A program made the translations under genes and the position numbers. The notes beneath the pieces were generated by a model. The model ran no database searches, had not been told where the DNA came from, and saw only the letters and a program-made list of their open reading frames with translations. This document shows positions 9,340-18,857 of a stretch of DNA of 64,000 bases, piece by piece. Source of the stretch: Candidatus Parcubacteria bacterium (GTDB lineage Bacteria; Patescibacteriota; Minisyncoccia; Phycocordibacterales; CAIJYI01); contig JAPLYL010000008.1 in NCBI GenBank assembly GCA_026395595.1, forward strand, positions 56,417 through 120,416, written 5' to 3'. Within the stretch, counting starts at the first letter, position 1; each line of letters starts with the position of its first letter.

Positions 9340-11163
9340 TTACTGCTGGCTGTTTAACTGCGCCATTCTTGCCAGTATTTGTGAAAGTTCAGTCTGAAGA
9401 ACCTTAACCCTCGTCTGAAGCTGACTCATCGTCATACCGGAAATATCGGTGGAACTTAATGAGGTGCTTGCGGACACAGACCCTGAAGCGCCAATCTGGT
9501 TTAGAGCCGTACGAGTTCCCGGACCAACGACGCCGAGGGTGTTCAATCCATGCGCCGCCTGGAATTTTTTCACAGCAGCGGTTGTTTGCGCCCCGTAATA
9601 ACCGGTCGGTGCGGCAGATAAATATCCTTGTGAAACAAGCGTCCGTTGAAGTTCCATCACTTCATCATTTTGAGTTCCTTGAGTGAGATAACTGCTAAAG
9701 GTATAGGCGGGAGTGGAAATAATCGGTGTTGATATCGGAGCAACCGCCGTTATCGCAGGAGCGACGGCCGTTACTACCGGTGATACCACTACTGCCGTCG
9801 CCCCGTTTACGGTTACCTCAAGAGCAGCACAAGCACCACCGGAGGAACAAACATCCACAGAAGAATGTCCGGAAGAAACGCCGTAGACCGTAAGGCTATT
9901 ACCGTTTAAAGTTTGTTGCGATACAGAACTGGTTCCTCCTGAAATGACATACGGTTGAGAACCTCCAGAGATAATAATGGTAATGCTTTGTCCGGAAGAA
10001 AGAGACAGAGTGTTTTGACTCAAAGAAAGAGGTCCTCCTCCGGTGTTGTATTGCACAGTTATGGTAAGAGAGCTACAAGTCCCCGTTGATGCGCAAACCC
10101 GAACAGACGACGTACCCGCAGAAATTCCGGTAAGAGTAAGGGTTGTCCCGGTAAGATTTGCTTGGACAATCGCCGGGTTAGAGTTGGATGAAACATAAAA
10201 AGTAACTCCGGTCGGGCCATAGATATTTACGGTGGTGCTTTGATTCGCAGAAACGGTCGGTGTGGCAGTGCTGAATGAAATGGAAACGGAACTGGCGTCT
10301 CCTGCTGTTGCATTTACCACCCCGCATACAGCCATGTCTGAAGAACAGACTGTTACGGAAGCCGATCCGCTTGTAGAACCGGTGCTTAATGTCAAAACGG
10401 AACCGCTGATACTCGCCTGTATAATGCTTGAATTTGAATTGCTGACAATTGTATAGCTTCCGTTACCGCCGGTTATGGTTATAGGGAGAGACTGTCCGTT
10501 TACCACCGTCGGGTTTATTTGACTAAAAGAAAGTTGTCCTGAACCGGCTTGATTTACTATGACATAGATACTCGGACAATTCGTAGTGATGCCTCCCACC
10601 TGACAAAGCGTGATGTTCGTAGAACCGGAAACGTTTCCTGAAATGACGGCTGATGTTCCGCTGATGTTAACGTTCGCAATGGAAGGATTGGAATTATTGG
10701 AAACATACAAAGAACCTGAACCGGAGTTGCTTGCGGTAACGGTTGCTGAAGATCCGACACTCAAAACGAGAGCACTCTGACTTAACGTAAGAGCGTTAGC
10801 AGAAGTAACGGACGGCCAAGCGACGGCGGAAGAGGTCGGGCCACTCAATCCGTTCAAGATTGCGGTGATAAGCGTCCCCGTAGTAAGACTATACGTTGAG
10901 GCAGATAGCGTGGTGGAAAAATGACCGGTTGAATCGGTTGTGCCTATCGGAGAAATCGTTAGCCCACTTCCCGTCTTCGTATAGGAAAGCATCACTCCGA
11001 CATTCGGATCTCCGACAACAGAAACAAGAACGTTATCACTATTCCCTGTTGCACTCAAAGAAAGGGTCGGAGTAACGGAAGCAAAAGCTGATGGAGTAAT
11101 ACTTAATAAACCGACAACAAAAGCACACCACGATAATTTCAAAGAAAGATGTTTCATAAGCAT
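9340..11163 (-). CDS. Secreted repeat-containing surface protein with C-terminal peptidoglycan-binding (PG_binding_1-like) domain
   Basis: Signal peptide, then about four or five divergent ~80-aa Ser/Thr-rich Ig-like repeats, each ending ...VxVCxS. The C-terminus LQRTLVSQGYL...GYYGAQTTAAVKKFQAAHGL fits a PG-binding fold. Confidence 0.7.
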   Translation of the reverse strand: MLMKHLSLKLSWCAFVVGLLSITPSAFASVTPTLSLSATGNSDNVLVSVVGDPNVGVMLSYTKTGSGLTISPIGTTDSTGHFSTTLSASTYSLTTGTLITAILNGLSGPTSSAVAWPSVTSANALTLSQSALVLSVGSSATVTASNSGSGSLYVSNNSNPSIANVNISGTSAVISGNVSGSTNITLCQVGGITTNCPSIYVIVNQAGSGQLSFSQINPTVVNGQSLPITITGGNGSYTIVSNSNSSIIQASISGSVLTLSTGSTSGSASVTVCSSDMAVCGVVNATAGDASSVSISFSTATPTVSANQSTTVNIYGPTGVTFYVSSNSNPAIVQANLTGTTLTLTGISAGTSSVRVCASTGTCSSLTITVQYNTGGGPLSLSQNTLSLSSGQSITIIISGGSQPYVISGGTSSVSQQTLNGNSLTVYGVSSGHSSVDVCSSGGACAALEVTVNGATAVVVSPVVTAVAPAITAVAPISTPIISTPAYTFSSYLTQGTQNDEVMELQRTLVSQGYLSAAPTGYYGAQTTAAVKKFQAAHGLNTLGVVGPGTRTALNQIGASGSVSASTSLSSTDISGMTMSQLQTRVKVLQTELSQILARMAQLNSQQ

Positions 11164-11432
11164 AATTATTTACAATAAAAATAGAACCAAAAACATTTTT
11201 TATTTTTGTGTATAGTTTAATTGTACTGAAAAAACAGAAAAAAAGCGACAAAAGATTTCTTGTTTTTATGCACAGTGAAGGGGTATATCTTTCTTCTTAC
11301 TTGAAAAAAATAAGAATTTTGTTTTTTCCTTCTTTTGTGATAGATTATCTACATGTTCGCGCGATAAGTGCAAGGGAAAGTGTGAAAACCGCAGGTTTTC
11401 ACAACCCTAGCGACGAAGGAGCGAGAATGTAA

Positions 11433-11521
11433 CGGAGAGGTGGGTGAGCACGGTCGAAACCACCACACTGCTAACGTGGCAGGGGGTAAAACCCCTCGAG
11501 GGTTCGAATCCCTCCCTCTCC
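11433..11521 (+). tRNA. tRNA-Ser (anticodon GCU), class II with long variable arm
   Basis: Acceptor GGAGAGG/CCTCTCC with discriminator G. D stem GGT/ACC. Anticodon loop CTGCTAA. Variable arm GGGGGTAAAACCCC. T arm GAGGG-TTCGAAT-CCCTC. Confidence 0.85.
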
Positions 11522-11533
11522 GCAGTAAGTTTT

Positions 11534-11556
11534 TAGTATCGGAAGACCCGAGTGCC
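11534..11556. repeat. 23-bp direct repeat (copy 1) agtatcggaagacccgagtgcct, 13 bp after tRNA-Ser; putative island junction
   Basis: An exact second copy lies at 29682..29704. It contains the RACCCGAGTR core, which occurs at least 7 times in the window. It is embedded in a partial palindrome aagaccc...gggtctt. Confidence 0.7.
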
Positions 11557-11592
11557 TTGATATTCAAGGGTCTTTTGAATCACTGGAATCTC

Positions 11593-11628
11593 AAAAAGTT
11601 CGAACCTTTATGGGGTTCGAACTTTTTG
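11593..11628 (-). terminator. Terminator hairpin after the 1098-aa helicase gene
   Basis: Perfect palindrome aaaaagttcgaacc-tttatgg-ggttcgaacttttt. Confidence 0.6.
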
Positions 11629-11641
11629 TTACTTCGGACTA

Positions 11642-14600
11642 TTATTCACTGCAAATCACGTCAAGGTCAACGCCCACTGTTTCTTTAAGATAGCTATGTG
11701 CGGCCGCTAAAATCGCTGTTTGATCTGGTGTATGGTTGGTTTTTGATAATCCCGGTTGAACGATAATGATCTCAGCCCTGATTTCCTTGAATCTGCTTAT
11801 CTTTACAAATTTATTCATATCAGCTGATGAACCCAACAAGAAGCGAGTAACTCTTTCTTCGTTTGTGAGACGCTTTTCTCTGTCTAATATATGTTTGCAT
11901 AAATCCTTGAACTTCCATTTCCATTTAGCCGAACGGACCGCTTGCGAAGAAACCTCTACAACATCGCTAATACGTTCACCTGCTGTAGTTTCTGTTGTAA
12001 ATTTACAGTGAATTAAAGCTAATCTAATATGATCATCTTCCTCTTTGAAACAGACTAGATCGGCAGCCTCTCCTGCACCATCGTCATCAAATACTGTTTC
12101 AAAATTTCCAGCAATAAACTGTTGAGCGGCTCGCCATTGTATGGAATCTTCTCTTTGCGCTCCGTTCTTCCAAATAGACTCTTTGCGCAAATCAACACCC
12201 ACCCAATCCCACGCCTCAAATCTTTCTTCTGGGAAAATGAGTTCCTGGGTGTTTTGTGGCTTAATAAGTAGGTTGCCATCAAGTTCAGAAATATCAACGA
12301 ATCGAATCATTGGGGGATAGTTTGAAAAATATTCTTCAATCGGAAGTACTAAATTTCCAACTCGAATAGTAACCTGCTCTTGAGAGTTTTTTGTAACCTT
12401 AAAACCTTCATCACCACCAACAGTTAGTGACAGGTTTAACCAAACATCTTCAGGATCCGTAACTAACCTAAAATAAACTTGGCTGGTCACAATATCAGTT
12501 TTTATAAACTGAAGGTCAAACAATGAGACCGATTTTTCAATTCCTCCTTTTTTTAGAATGACTCTTTCTTCCGATTGCCTAATAATTTCAAGTGGCCATT
12601 CGATACTAAGAACCTGCTTGTCGGGTAACGCGGTTACTTCTTCGGGAATAAGCACGTTTGCAATAATATCAGCAGTATCTATGTTTCCATCTTTAATTTT
12701 TCCACCAACAGATTCACACCATTTGATAAGTTCAGGTATTGAACCTGGATCTCTGGCCCACACACGTCCTTTGTAAGAACAACCTATCGTTACAGGTTCT
12801 CCATTTTCCCAACCCGTGCCACTTAGATTGGATTTAACGGAACCGGCTCGTTCAGAAACGCTGAGCGCTGTTGCCACATCTGAACCGGTATACATTGCGT
12901 ATCGTAGATTGCGTCGGCCGTGTTTTGTCACCCCAACGTTTTGGAAGATTAATCTGTTAATTCGTCCAAGTGCGCGAAATATTATGTCTCCAGAAACGAG
13001 TTTTGTTGCACCAATAGCCCCGGCTATCTTTTCATGATTTGAAGATTTGTCGCTGGAGGAAACGAATAACAGATTGCGAGCTTCATCAAAATGAAAAACG
13101 TGTAAATCCCATATACGATCGCGAAGCTTTCGCGATCTTGTCCATCGAATCGGAGATTCAAGCCTTGTCACAAAATACAAAGTGTTTGATTCTTCATGAA
13201 TCCATACGCGATGCACATTTATACCCCTGGGTATTCCCTCAAAAAACTTTTTTGGCGTAAATGAATTTGCCTCATACATCAATGTACTAAATGTTGGACG
13301 CAACAAATGGTGGGATATTTCTATCTTTTCTTCATCTTCAGAGTTATCAAGAACTTCAGATGCATTCAAAAATGCAATGAGCTCGGAATGAGTCTTTGCC
13401 GCATCGGAACTAAATTCACTTAACAACTGATTCCAGTCAGCATCTTCACTATATAATCGCTCAAGAGCAGATGAAACATCTTGATCGGCAATGTTTGCTA
13501 CTACTGTGGCATCGCCGATTGCTTCACCAGCAGTTCGGGTAAATCTTCCCGTAAATTGAAGTAGAATTGCAAGACTTTTATGTGTATCATGAACAGCCGC
13601 AATTTTCAGTTGAGGTAAATCAAAACCTTCCCCAAGCATGTTTACACAAATAACGATACGACTCTGTCGAGATCTAATTTTTTCAATTGAAGCATCGGTT
13701 TCATCTTCCTCTGAGTGAATAAGAACGGGATTAAGGTCTGGTGCGATTCTATCATAGATAGCGTAGATAGTTCTGGCTCGACCAATACTGGCACATCTTG
13801 CCATCATAAGATGATCTTTTCCAGAAGCGAGGTCTCTTCGAAGTATTTCTACACCTTTTGTGGCAATTGCCTCATCGGCGTTTTCTTGGTCAATCTCATA
13901 TACAGGTTCAAAATTTATATTCTTGAAATACCCATCGTTTTGTGCTGAATGCAATGGATACTCATAAATAACTTTCCCATCAACAAGTTTCCCATCTCTT
14001 CGATAAGGGGTCGCTGTAAACTGCAAAACTCTGTTATCTTTAAACTTTTCTCGAAATGCACCCCACCCAACTGCTCCAACATGATGAGCTTCATCAACTA
14101 TAAGCGTCTTCACATAATCAGCAATAGGAAGAGGTGTATCACCAGAAGAATCGCTTTCCATTACGCTCATCGTCGCGATAACAACATTACATTTATTAAA
14201 AATATCTAAATCTTCTTCCGACTGAAGCCTTTTTTTGATTACTCCAACAATAGGATTTTTTGCTTCAGATGAAAGATTACCAAGGGACCGAAGTAGTCCG
14301 AGAGTAAGAAACTTTTTTGCTGTTTGGTCGCGCAACACTTTTGATGGAACAACCACGAGTAAACTTCCTGTCGAATAGGCAACGAGAGTTGCAAGCATAG
14401 CTTCTGTCTTTCCTGTGCCTGTTGGCATGACAATCGTAGCTGGTTGTTGATACAAACTCCAGTGAGCACCTATTGAATGAAGACTTCCGATTTGTGGTGG
14501 CCTTAATCCTTTTTTAGTTACAGTACCGACAAGGTCTTTTTCTTCGGATTGAAAATTGAATTTTCCATACCAGCTTTCAGTTATGTCTTTCGAAACTTTT

Positions 14601-14938
14601 TCTAAACCACCCTCGTCGACATCATATTTTAGAGCATTTAATTTTCGGTGTGCTATCCACTTCAACGCGTTTCCGAGTTGACCAAAAAGAACTCCATCAA
14701 CATCTCGAGGTAGTTCAAGTTTCTTCTTTTTTGTAATGAGTATTTTTTGACCGTCATCGAGAACATATAGAGTTTCTCTAACTCTTGGAGACGTAAAAAA
14801 TTCCTCAGTCCTGGATATGACTTTATTACCGCCTAAATCTAATACATGAGAAATAATGCCGATAGAATGCTTAATAGGCCCGAATTCTAATGGCGGGAGG
14901 AATAGCATATTCGGATTTTCTGGGTTTGAAGGGCTCAT
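11642..14938 (-). CDS. Large SF2 (ResIII/DEAH-type) helicase fused to an about 500-aa C-terminal domain of unknown function; defense-island-type protein
   Basis: Motif I MPTGTGKT, motif II DEAHH, motif III TATP and motif VI QFTGRFTR are in the N-terminal half. The C-terminal half has no recognisable family apart from a possible degenerate PD-(D/E)xK-like segment (ADLVCF...LALIHCKF). Confidence 0.7.
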   Translation of the reverse strand: MSPSNPENPNMLFLPPLEFGPIKHSIGIISHVLDLGGNKVISRTEEFFTSPRVRETLYVLDDGQKILITKKKKLELPRDVDGVLFGQLGNALKWIAHRKLNALKYDVDEGGLEKVSKDITESWYGKFNFQSEEKDLVGTVTKKGLRPPQIGSLHSIGAHWSLYQQPATIVMPTGTGKTEAMLATLVAYSTGSLLVVVPSKVLRDQTAKKFLTLGLLRSLGNLSSEAKNPIVGVIKKRLQSEEDLDIFNKCNVVIATMSVMESDSSGDTPLPIADYVKTLIVDEAHHVGAVGWGAFREKFKDNRVLQFTATPYRRDGKLVDGKVIYEYPLHSAQNDGYFKNINFEPVYEIDQENADEAIATKGVEILRRDLASGKDHLMMARCASIGRARTIYAIYDRIAPDLNPVLIHSEEDETDASIEKIRSRQSRIVICVNMLGEGFDLPQLKIAAVHDTHKSLAILLQFTGRFTRTAGEAIGDATVVANIADQDVSSALERLYSEDADWNQLLSEFSSDAAKTHSELIAFLNASEVLDNSEDEEKIEISHHLLRPTFSTLMYEANSFTPKKFFEGIPRGINVHRVWIHEESNTLYFVTRLESPIRWTRSRKLRDRIWDLHVFHFDEARNLLFVSSSDKSSNHEKIAGAIGATKLVSGDIIFRALGRINRLIFQNVGVTKHGRRNLRYAMYTGSDVATALSVSERAGSVKSNLSGTGWENGEPVTIGCSYKGRVWARDPGSIPELIKWCESVGGKIKDGNIDTADIIANVLIPEEVTALPDKQVLSIEWPLEIIRQSEERVILKKGGIEKSVSLFDLQFIKTDIVTSQVYFRLVTDPEDVWLNLSLTVGGDEGFKVTKNSQEQVTIRVGNLVLPIEEYFSNYPPMIRFVDISELDGNLLIKPQNTQELIFPEERFEAWDWVGVDLRKESIWKNGAQREDSIQWRAAQQFIAGNFETVFDDDGAGEAADLVCFKEEDDHIRLALIHCKFTTETTAGERISDVVEVSSQAVRSAKWKWKFKDLCKHILDREKRLTNEERVTRFLLGSSADMNKFVKISRFKEIRAEIIIVQPGLSKTNHTPDQTAILAAAHSYLKETVGVDLDVICSE

Positions 14939-15002
14939 TTTTGGGTGACGTGAGATAAGATTTAGATTTCATCACCACCACATTTTATCACTTTTGCAAG
15001 AT

Positions 15003-16328
15003 CTACGCTATTGTCACCACCCCCTTCGTAACTTTAATTTTTGACTTAAAACACCCCATCAATTCTCTCTTCTCTTCGTTCGTCCCTTCTCGGAGAATAT
15101 ATTGGGCGTACGTTTTTGAATCTATTTCCTTGTAGGTTTCTTTTGGGTTTGTCATTCCGAGCACCTTTCTTTGAAATTTGTTCATTCGTTTTAATTCCTC
15201 ATCAAATTTATGTTTGATGCCGAGATTATTGAAGTCTATTTGATCCAGTACTTTTAAAAGTTGTTCAACTAATTCTTCTTCTCGAAGGTACTGACATTTG
15301 CAGTGCCTGTCTTTTGACCTTCCGCATCCATAGTAAATGTATTTTGCGGTCGTTCCATCTTTGAGTACTTTATATTTCTCTTCGGCTGAAATTCCTGATC
15401 CACACAATCCACAGACCATAAGTTTTGTAAAAGCGAATTCTTTGCTTTGTCGATGAATATCATCTCGTTTCAACTGTTCTTGAACTTTATCAAAAAGTTC
15501 TTTTTCAATGATCGGTTCATGTTTTCCGGTATACCAGTTTCCGGACTTTTTCGGGTATTCAAAAACTCCGTAATAAAACGGATTCGATAATGCCCGGTAA
15601 ATATTTCCAAGAGCGACATTATGATTTCCTACCGATTTAAAATTGAGTTCAAATTTTAACCATTGATGAATTTTTCGCCCCGACCATTTTTCATAAGCGA
15701 CTTTTTCATACATTTTTTTAACAATAGGAGCCCTGTCTGGATCTATGGTAACTTGGCATTTTCTATCAATTCTTTTTTCGTTCAAATATCCAAGCGGAGC
15801 GATTCCCGGCCACAGCCCCATTTCAACCCTCGTCCGAAGCCCGCGCTTTACGTTTATTCCGCGATTGTCATTTTCAAGCTTTGCCTGAGATCCAAGAATC
15901 ATCAACAAGAATTTTTCGTTTGGATTATTCCGGAAGCTTTGGCTGAATGTTCGAATCTCTACCAGTTTTCCTGCATCCATCAAGTCTACGATTTTTCCGA
16001 GATCTCCCGCATTACGACTGATACGATCCGGCGCCCATGTCAGAATCCCAGTAAACTTCCCGGCACGTAATTCTTCAACAATCTCATTAAATACAGGCCG
16101 TTGTCCAGTTTCCTTCGCCGAGTGCGATTCGCGCTTCATTGTTACGACCTCTAACCCTTCCCGATCCGCCAGTTGGAGCATTTCCTTAATCTGGCTGTCT
16201 ATTGAAAGCACCTGTCTTTCCTCTGATTCGGTACTCTTTCTCGCATAAAGGCAGTATTTTACCGCCGTTGGAACCTCTATTTTAGCCCTGGTTCCCGCTG
16301 GCATTTGCATTGTTTCCATATGTCTCAT
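15003..16328 (-). CDS. Large serine recombinase (resolvase catalytic domain + recombinase domain + zinc ribbon)
   Basis: YARKSTESEERQ...SIDSQ catalytic Ser region. LTWAPDRISRN. GLWPGIAPLGY recombinase domain. CGLCGSG...YYGCG zinc ribbon. Confidence 0.9.
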   Translation of the reverse strand: MRHMETMQMPAGTRAKIEVPTAVKYCLYARKSTESEERQVLSIDSQIKEMLQLADREGLEVVTMKRESHSAKETGQRPVFNEIVEELRAGKFTGILTWAPDRISRNAGDLGKIVDLMDAGKLVEIRTFSQSFRNNPNEKFLLMILGSQAKLENDNRGINVKRGLRTRVEMGLWPGIAPLGYLNEKRIDRKCQVTIDPDRAPIVKKMYEKVAYEKWSGRKIHQWLKFELNFKSVGNHNVALGNIYRALSNPFYYGVFEYPKKSGNWYTGKHEPIIEKELFDKVQEQLKRDDIHRQSKEFAFTKLMVCGLCGSGISAEEKYKVLKDGTTAKYIYYGCGRSKDRHCKCQYLREEELVEQLLKVLDQIDFNNLGIKHKFDEELKRMNKFQRKVLGMTNPKETYKEIDSKTYAQYILREGTNEEKRELMGCFKSKIKVTKGVVTIA

Positions 16329-16447
16329 TAATGACGCAACCCTCCTAAGGAGTCCAGAGCGACCCGAGTAGGTAACTTTTGCACAAAATATCCGTTTTAC
16401 TTTAATGAAAATTAAGTGTAAACTTATGTTAAGTTAACACTTTTGCT

Positions 16448-16633
16448 ATGACTACATCAAACACGGGAGATATCATTACGCTTAAGGAGGCATGCGAACT
16501 GCTGAACTGTCATCCGAATACCCTGCGAAAATGGGATAACTCCGGTTTCTTGAAAGCGATCCGTTTTGGTGCACGGCGCGACCGGCGGTATCATCGTGCC
16601 GATATTGAGAAATTAATTTCCCAAAAAACATAA
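16448..16633 (+). CDS. Small HTH DNA-binding protein (excisionase/MerR-like HTH_17); candidate RDF or controller
   Basis: ITLKEACELLNCHPNTLRKWDNSG helix-turn-helix. Length is 61 aa. It is the first gene of the MTase operon and lies next to the recombinase. Confidence 0.6.
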   Translation: MTTSNTGDIITLKEACELLNCHPNTLRKWDNSGFLKAIRFGARRDRRYHRADIEKLISQKT

Positions 16634-16635
16634 TT

Positions 16636-17751
16636 ATGAAAGATAAAGTTTCAAACGCCAGCCTTCATGGGGCAAAAAAAGCAAAGAAAGATGAGTTTTA
16701 TACTCAGCTTGTTGATATTGAAAAAGAATTGAAACATTATAAAGATCAGTTTCGTGGCAAGGTGGTATATTGCAACTGTGATGATCCATTTGAAAGTAAT
16801 TTTTTTAAGTATTTTGCCGCTAATTTCAATGCTCTCGGGTTGAAAAAACTTATCGCCACGAGTTACAAGCCATCCCCCATAGCCAATACACAACTGGGAC
16901 TATTTGGCGTAGATAAAGTACTTGCTTCACCAAAAGGACGCCCCAAAGTAACCGCTAACAAATTTATTATCAATGAGGTTAGTGACATAGACGGCGACGG
17001 TGCATTTGATTTACGTGACGTTGCCGAGCAACTTAAGGCTAATAAAAACAATGAGTGGGCCCCATTAGAAGATGAAGGAGATTTTAGAAGTAAAGAAAGC
17101 ATAGAACTGCTAAAGCAGGCTGATATTGTCGTAACTAACCCGCCATTTTCGTTATTTCGGGAATATATTGCACAGATTGTAGAATACGACAAAAAGTTTT
17201 TAATTATCGGCAATATAAATGCGGTTACTTATCAGGAATGTTTTAGACTTGTTCAAAATGATAGAATGTGGCTCGGGGCAAGTATTCATAGCGGTGATCG
17301 TGAATTTCGCGTTCCGAATGATTACCCGCTTGAAGCCGCGGGTTGTAGAGTGGACGAGAGCGGTAATAAATATATCCGCGTCAAAGGTGTCCGTTGGTTT
17401 ACGAATTTGGATTATAAAGAACGTCATGAAGATTTAGTATTGTACAAAAAATACACACCAGAAGAGTATCCTTTATACGACAATTATAGTGCAATTAATG
17501 TTGATAAGACGGCCGATATTCCAATGAGTTACGTTGGGGAGATGGGTGTTCCGATTACATTTCTTGATAAATACAATCCTGATCAATTTAAAATTGTAGG
17601 TGCTCTAATATCTGGCCCACTTGGGCATGAATTGGGAGCAACTAAAACGCAACAGATTAGACCGAACGGAAAGACAACATTGGAATACGGACCAATTATC
17701 AACAAAAAAGGATATTATGGAAGAATTGTTATTAAAAACAAGAAAATATGA
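16636..17751 (+). CDS. N6-adenine DNA methyltransferase (NPPF motif; EcoRI-methylase-family-like)
   Basis: Motif IV VVTNPPF and an upstream CNCDDPFESNFF motif I-like region. The stop overlaps the next gene's start (ATGA). Confidence 0.65.
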   Translation: MKDKVSNASLHGAKKAKKDEFYTQLVDIEKELKHYKDQFRGKVVYCNCDDPFESNFFKYFAANFNALGLKKLIATSYKPSPIANTQLGLFGVDKVLASPKGRPKVTANKFIINEVSDIDGDGAFDLRDVAEQLKANKNNEWAPLEDEGDFRSKESIELLKQADIVVTNPPFSLFREYIAQIVEYDKKFLIIGNINAVTYQECFRLVQNDRMWLGASIHSGDREFRVPNDYPLEAAGCRVDESGNKYIRVKGVRWFTNLDYKERHEDLVLYKKYTPEEYPLYDNYSAINVDKTADIPMSYVGEMGVPITFLDKYNPDQFKIVGALISGPLGHELGATKTQQIRPNGKTTLEYGPIINKKGYYGRIVIKNKKI

Positions 17752-18854
17752 AAATTGAACTAAACAGAATTAAAATACGCGAAGTAATAGAAGAATACAA
17801 AGACAGCGCCGAGGAGGGTGTTGTGGCTTACGGTGGCAAACTTGATGTTCGTCCAAAATATCAGCGTGAGTTCGTCTACAAAGACAAGCAGCGAGATGCG
17901 GTTCTTGATACTATCAAAAAAGGATTCCCACTCAACGTCTTGTACTGGATGGTGCGTGAAGATGGCGGTTATGAACTACTCGATGGACAACAGCGAACGA
18001 TTAGCATTGGTCAGTATATCAGCGGTGACTTTTCGCTAGATGACCGTTATTTTCACAATCTCACAAAAGAAGAACAAGAGCAGATATTGAATTACGAATT
18101 GATGATTTATTTCTGCGAAGGTACAGATAAAGAAAGACTGGGCTGGTTCAAAACTATCAATATCGCGGGTGAAAAATTAACAGATCAGGAATTACGCAAC
18201 GCCGTTTACACTGGCCCGTGGCTTTCTGACGCAAAACTAAAATTCAGTAAATCAAATTGCGCCGGATACCTTTTGGCAAATGACGGTGGCACATTACTCA
18301 CCGGTTCGCCGATCCGGCAAGAATATCTGGAAACCGCACTTTCTTGGATCAATGATGACGAAGTGGCGGGCTATATGGCAAAACACCAGCACGACAAAAA
18401 CGCAAATGAATTGTGGGAGTATTTCCAAAATGTCATTGCTTGGGTACGAAAAACATTCACAAACTATCGCAAAGAAATGGCTCATGTAAACTGGGGCGAA
18501 TTGTACAACGAATTTAAAGATAAGAAGTTGGATTCAAAAAAGTTGGAAGCTGAAATCTTTAAATTGATGCAAGACGAGGACGTAACGAAAAAATCCGGTA
18601 TCTATCCTTATGTTCTCACAAAGCAAGAAAAACATCTTTCCATACGTGCATTCAACGATAAAATGAAACGCGAAGCATACGAGCGACAGGAAGGAATTTG
18701 TCCGCATTGCAAAGGAGAGAATAAGAAAAAGAAATGGGAAATTGAAGAAATGGAAGCCGATCACGTCACCCCATGGCACGAAGGTGGTAAAACGACCGCG
18801 GAAAATTGTCAGATGTTGTGTAAAGAAGATAATCGACGGAAATCGGGGAAATAA
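17748..18854 (+). CDS. DUF262 (ParB/Srx-like DGQQR NTPase) fused to C-terminal HNH endonuclease; GmrSD/BrxU-like
   Basis: DGQQRT motif in the N-terminal domain. C-terminal CPHCKG...ADHVTPWHEGG...NCQMLCKEDNRRK is the HNH signature. Translationally coupled to the MTase. Confidence 0.75.
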   Translation: MKIELNRIKIREVIEEYKDSAEEGVVAYGGKLDVRPKYQREFVYKDKQRDAVLDTIKKGFPLNVLYWMVREDGGYELLDGQQRTISIGQYISGDFSLDDRYFHNLTKEEQEQILNYELMIYFCEGTDKERLGWFKTINIAGEKLTDQELRNAVYTGPWLSDAKLKFSKSNCAGYLLANDGGTLLTGSPIRQEYLETALSWINDDEVAGYMAKHQHDKNANELWEYFQNVIAWVRKTFTNYRKEMAHVNWGELYNEFKDKKLDSKKLEAEIFKLMQDEDVTKKSGIYPYVLTKQEKHLSIRAFNDKMKREAYERQEGICPHCKGENKKKKWEIEEMEADHVTPWHEGGKTTAENCQMLCKEDNRRKSGK

Positions 18855-18857
18855 GCC

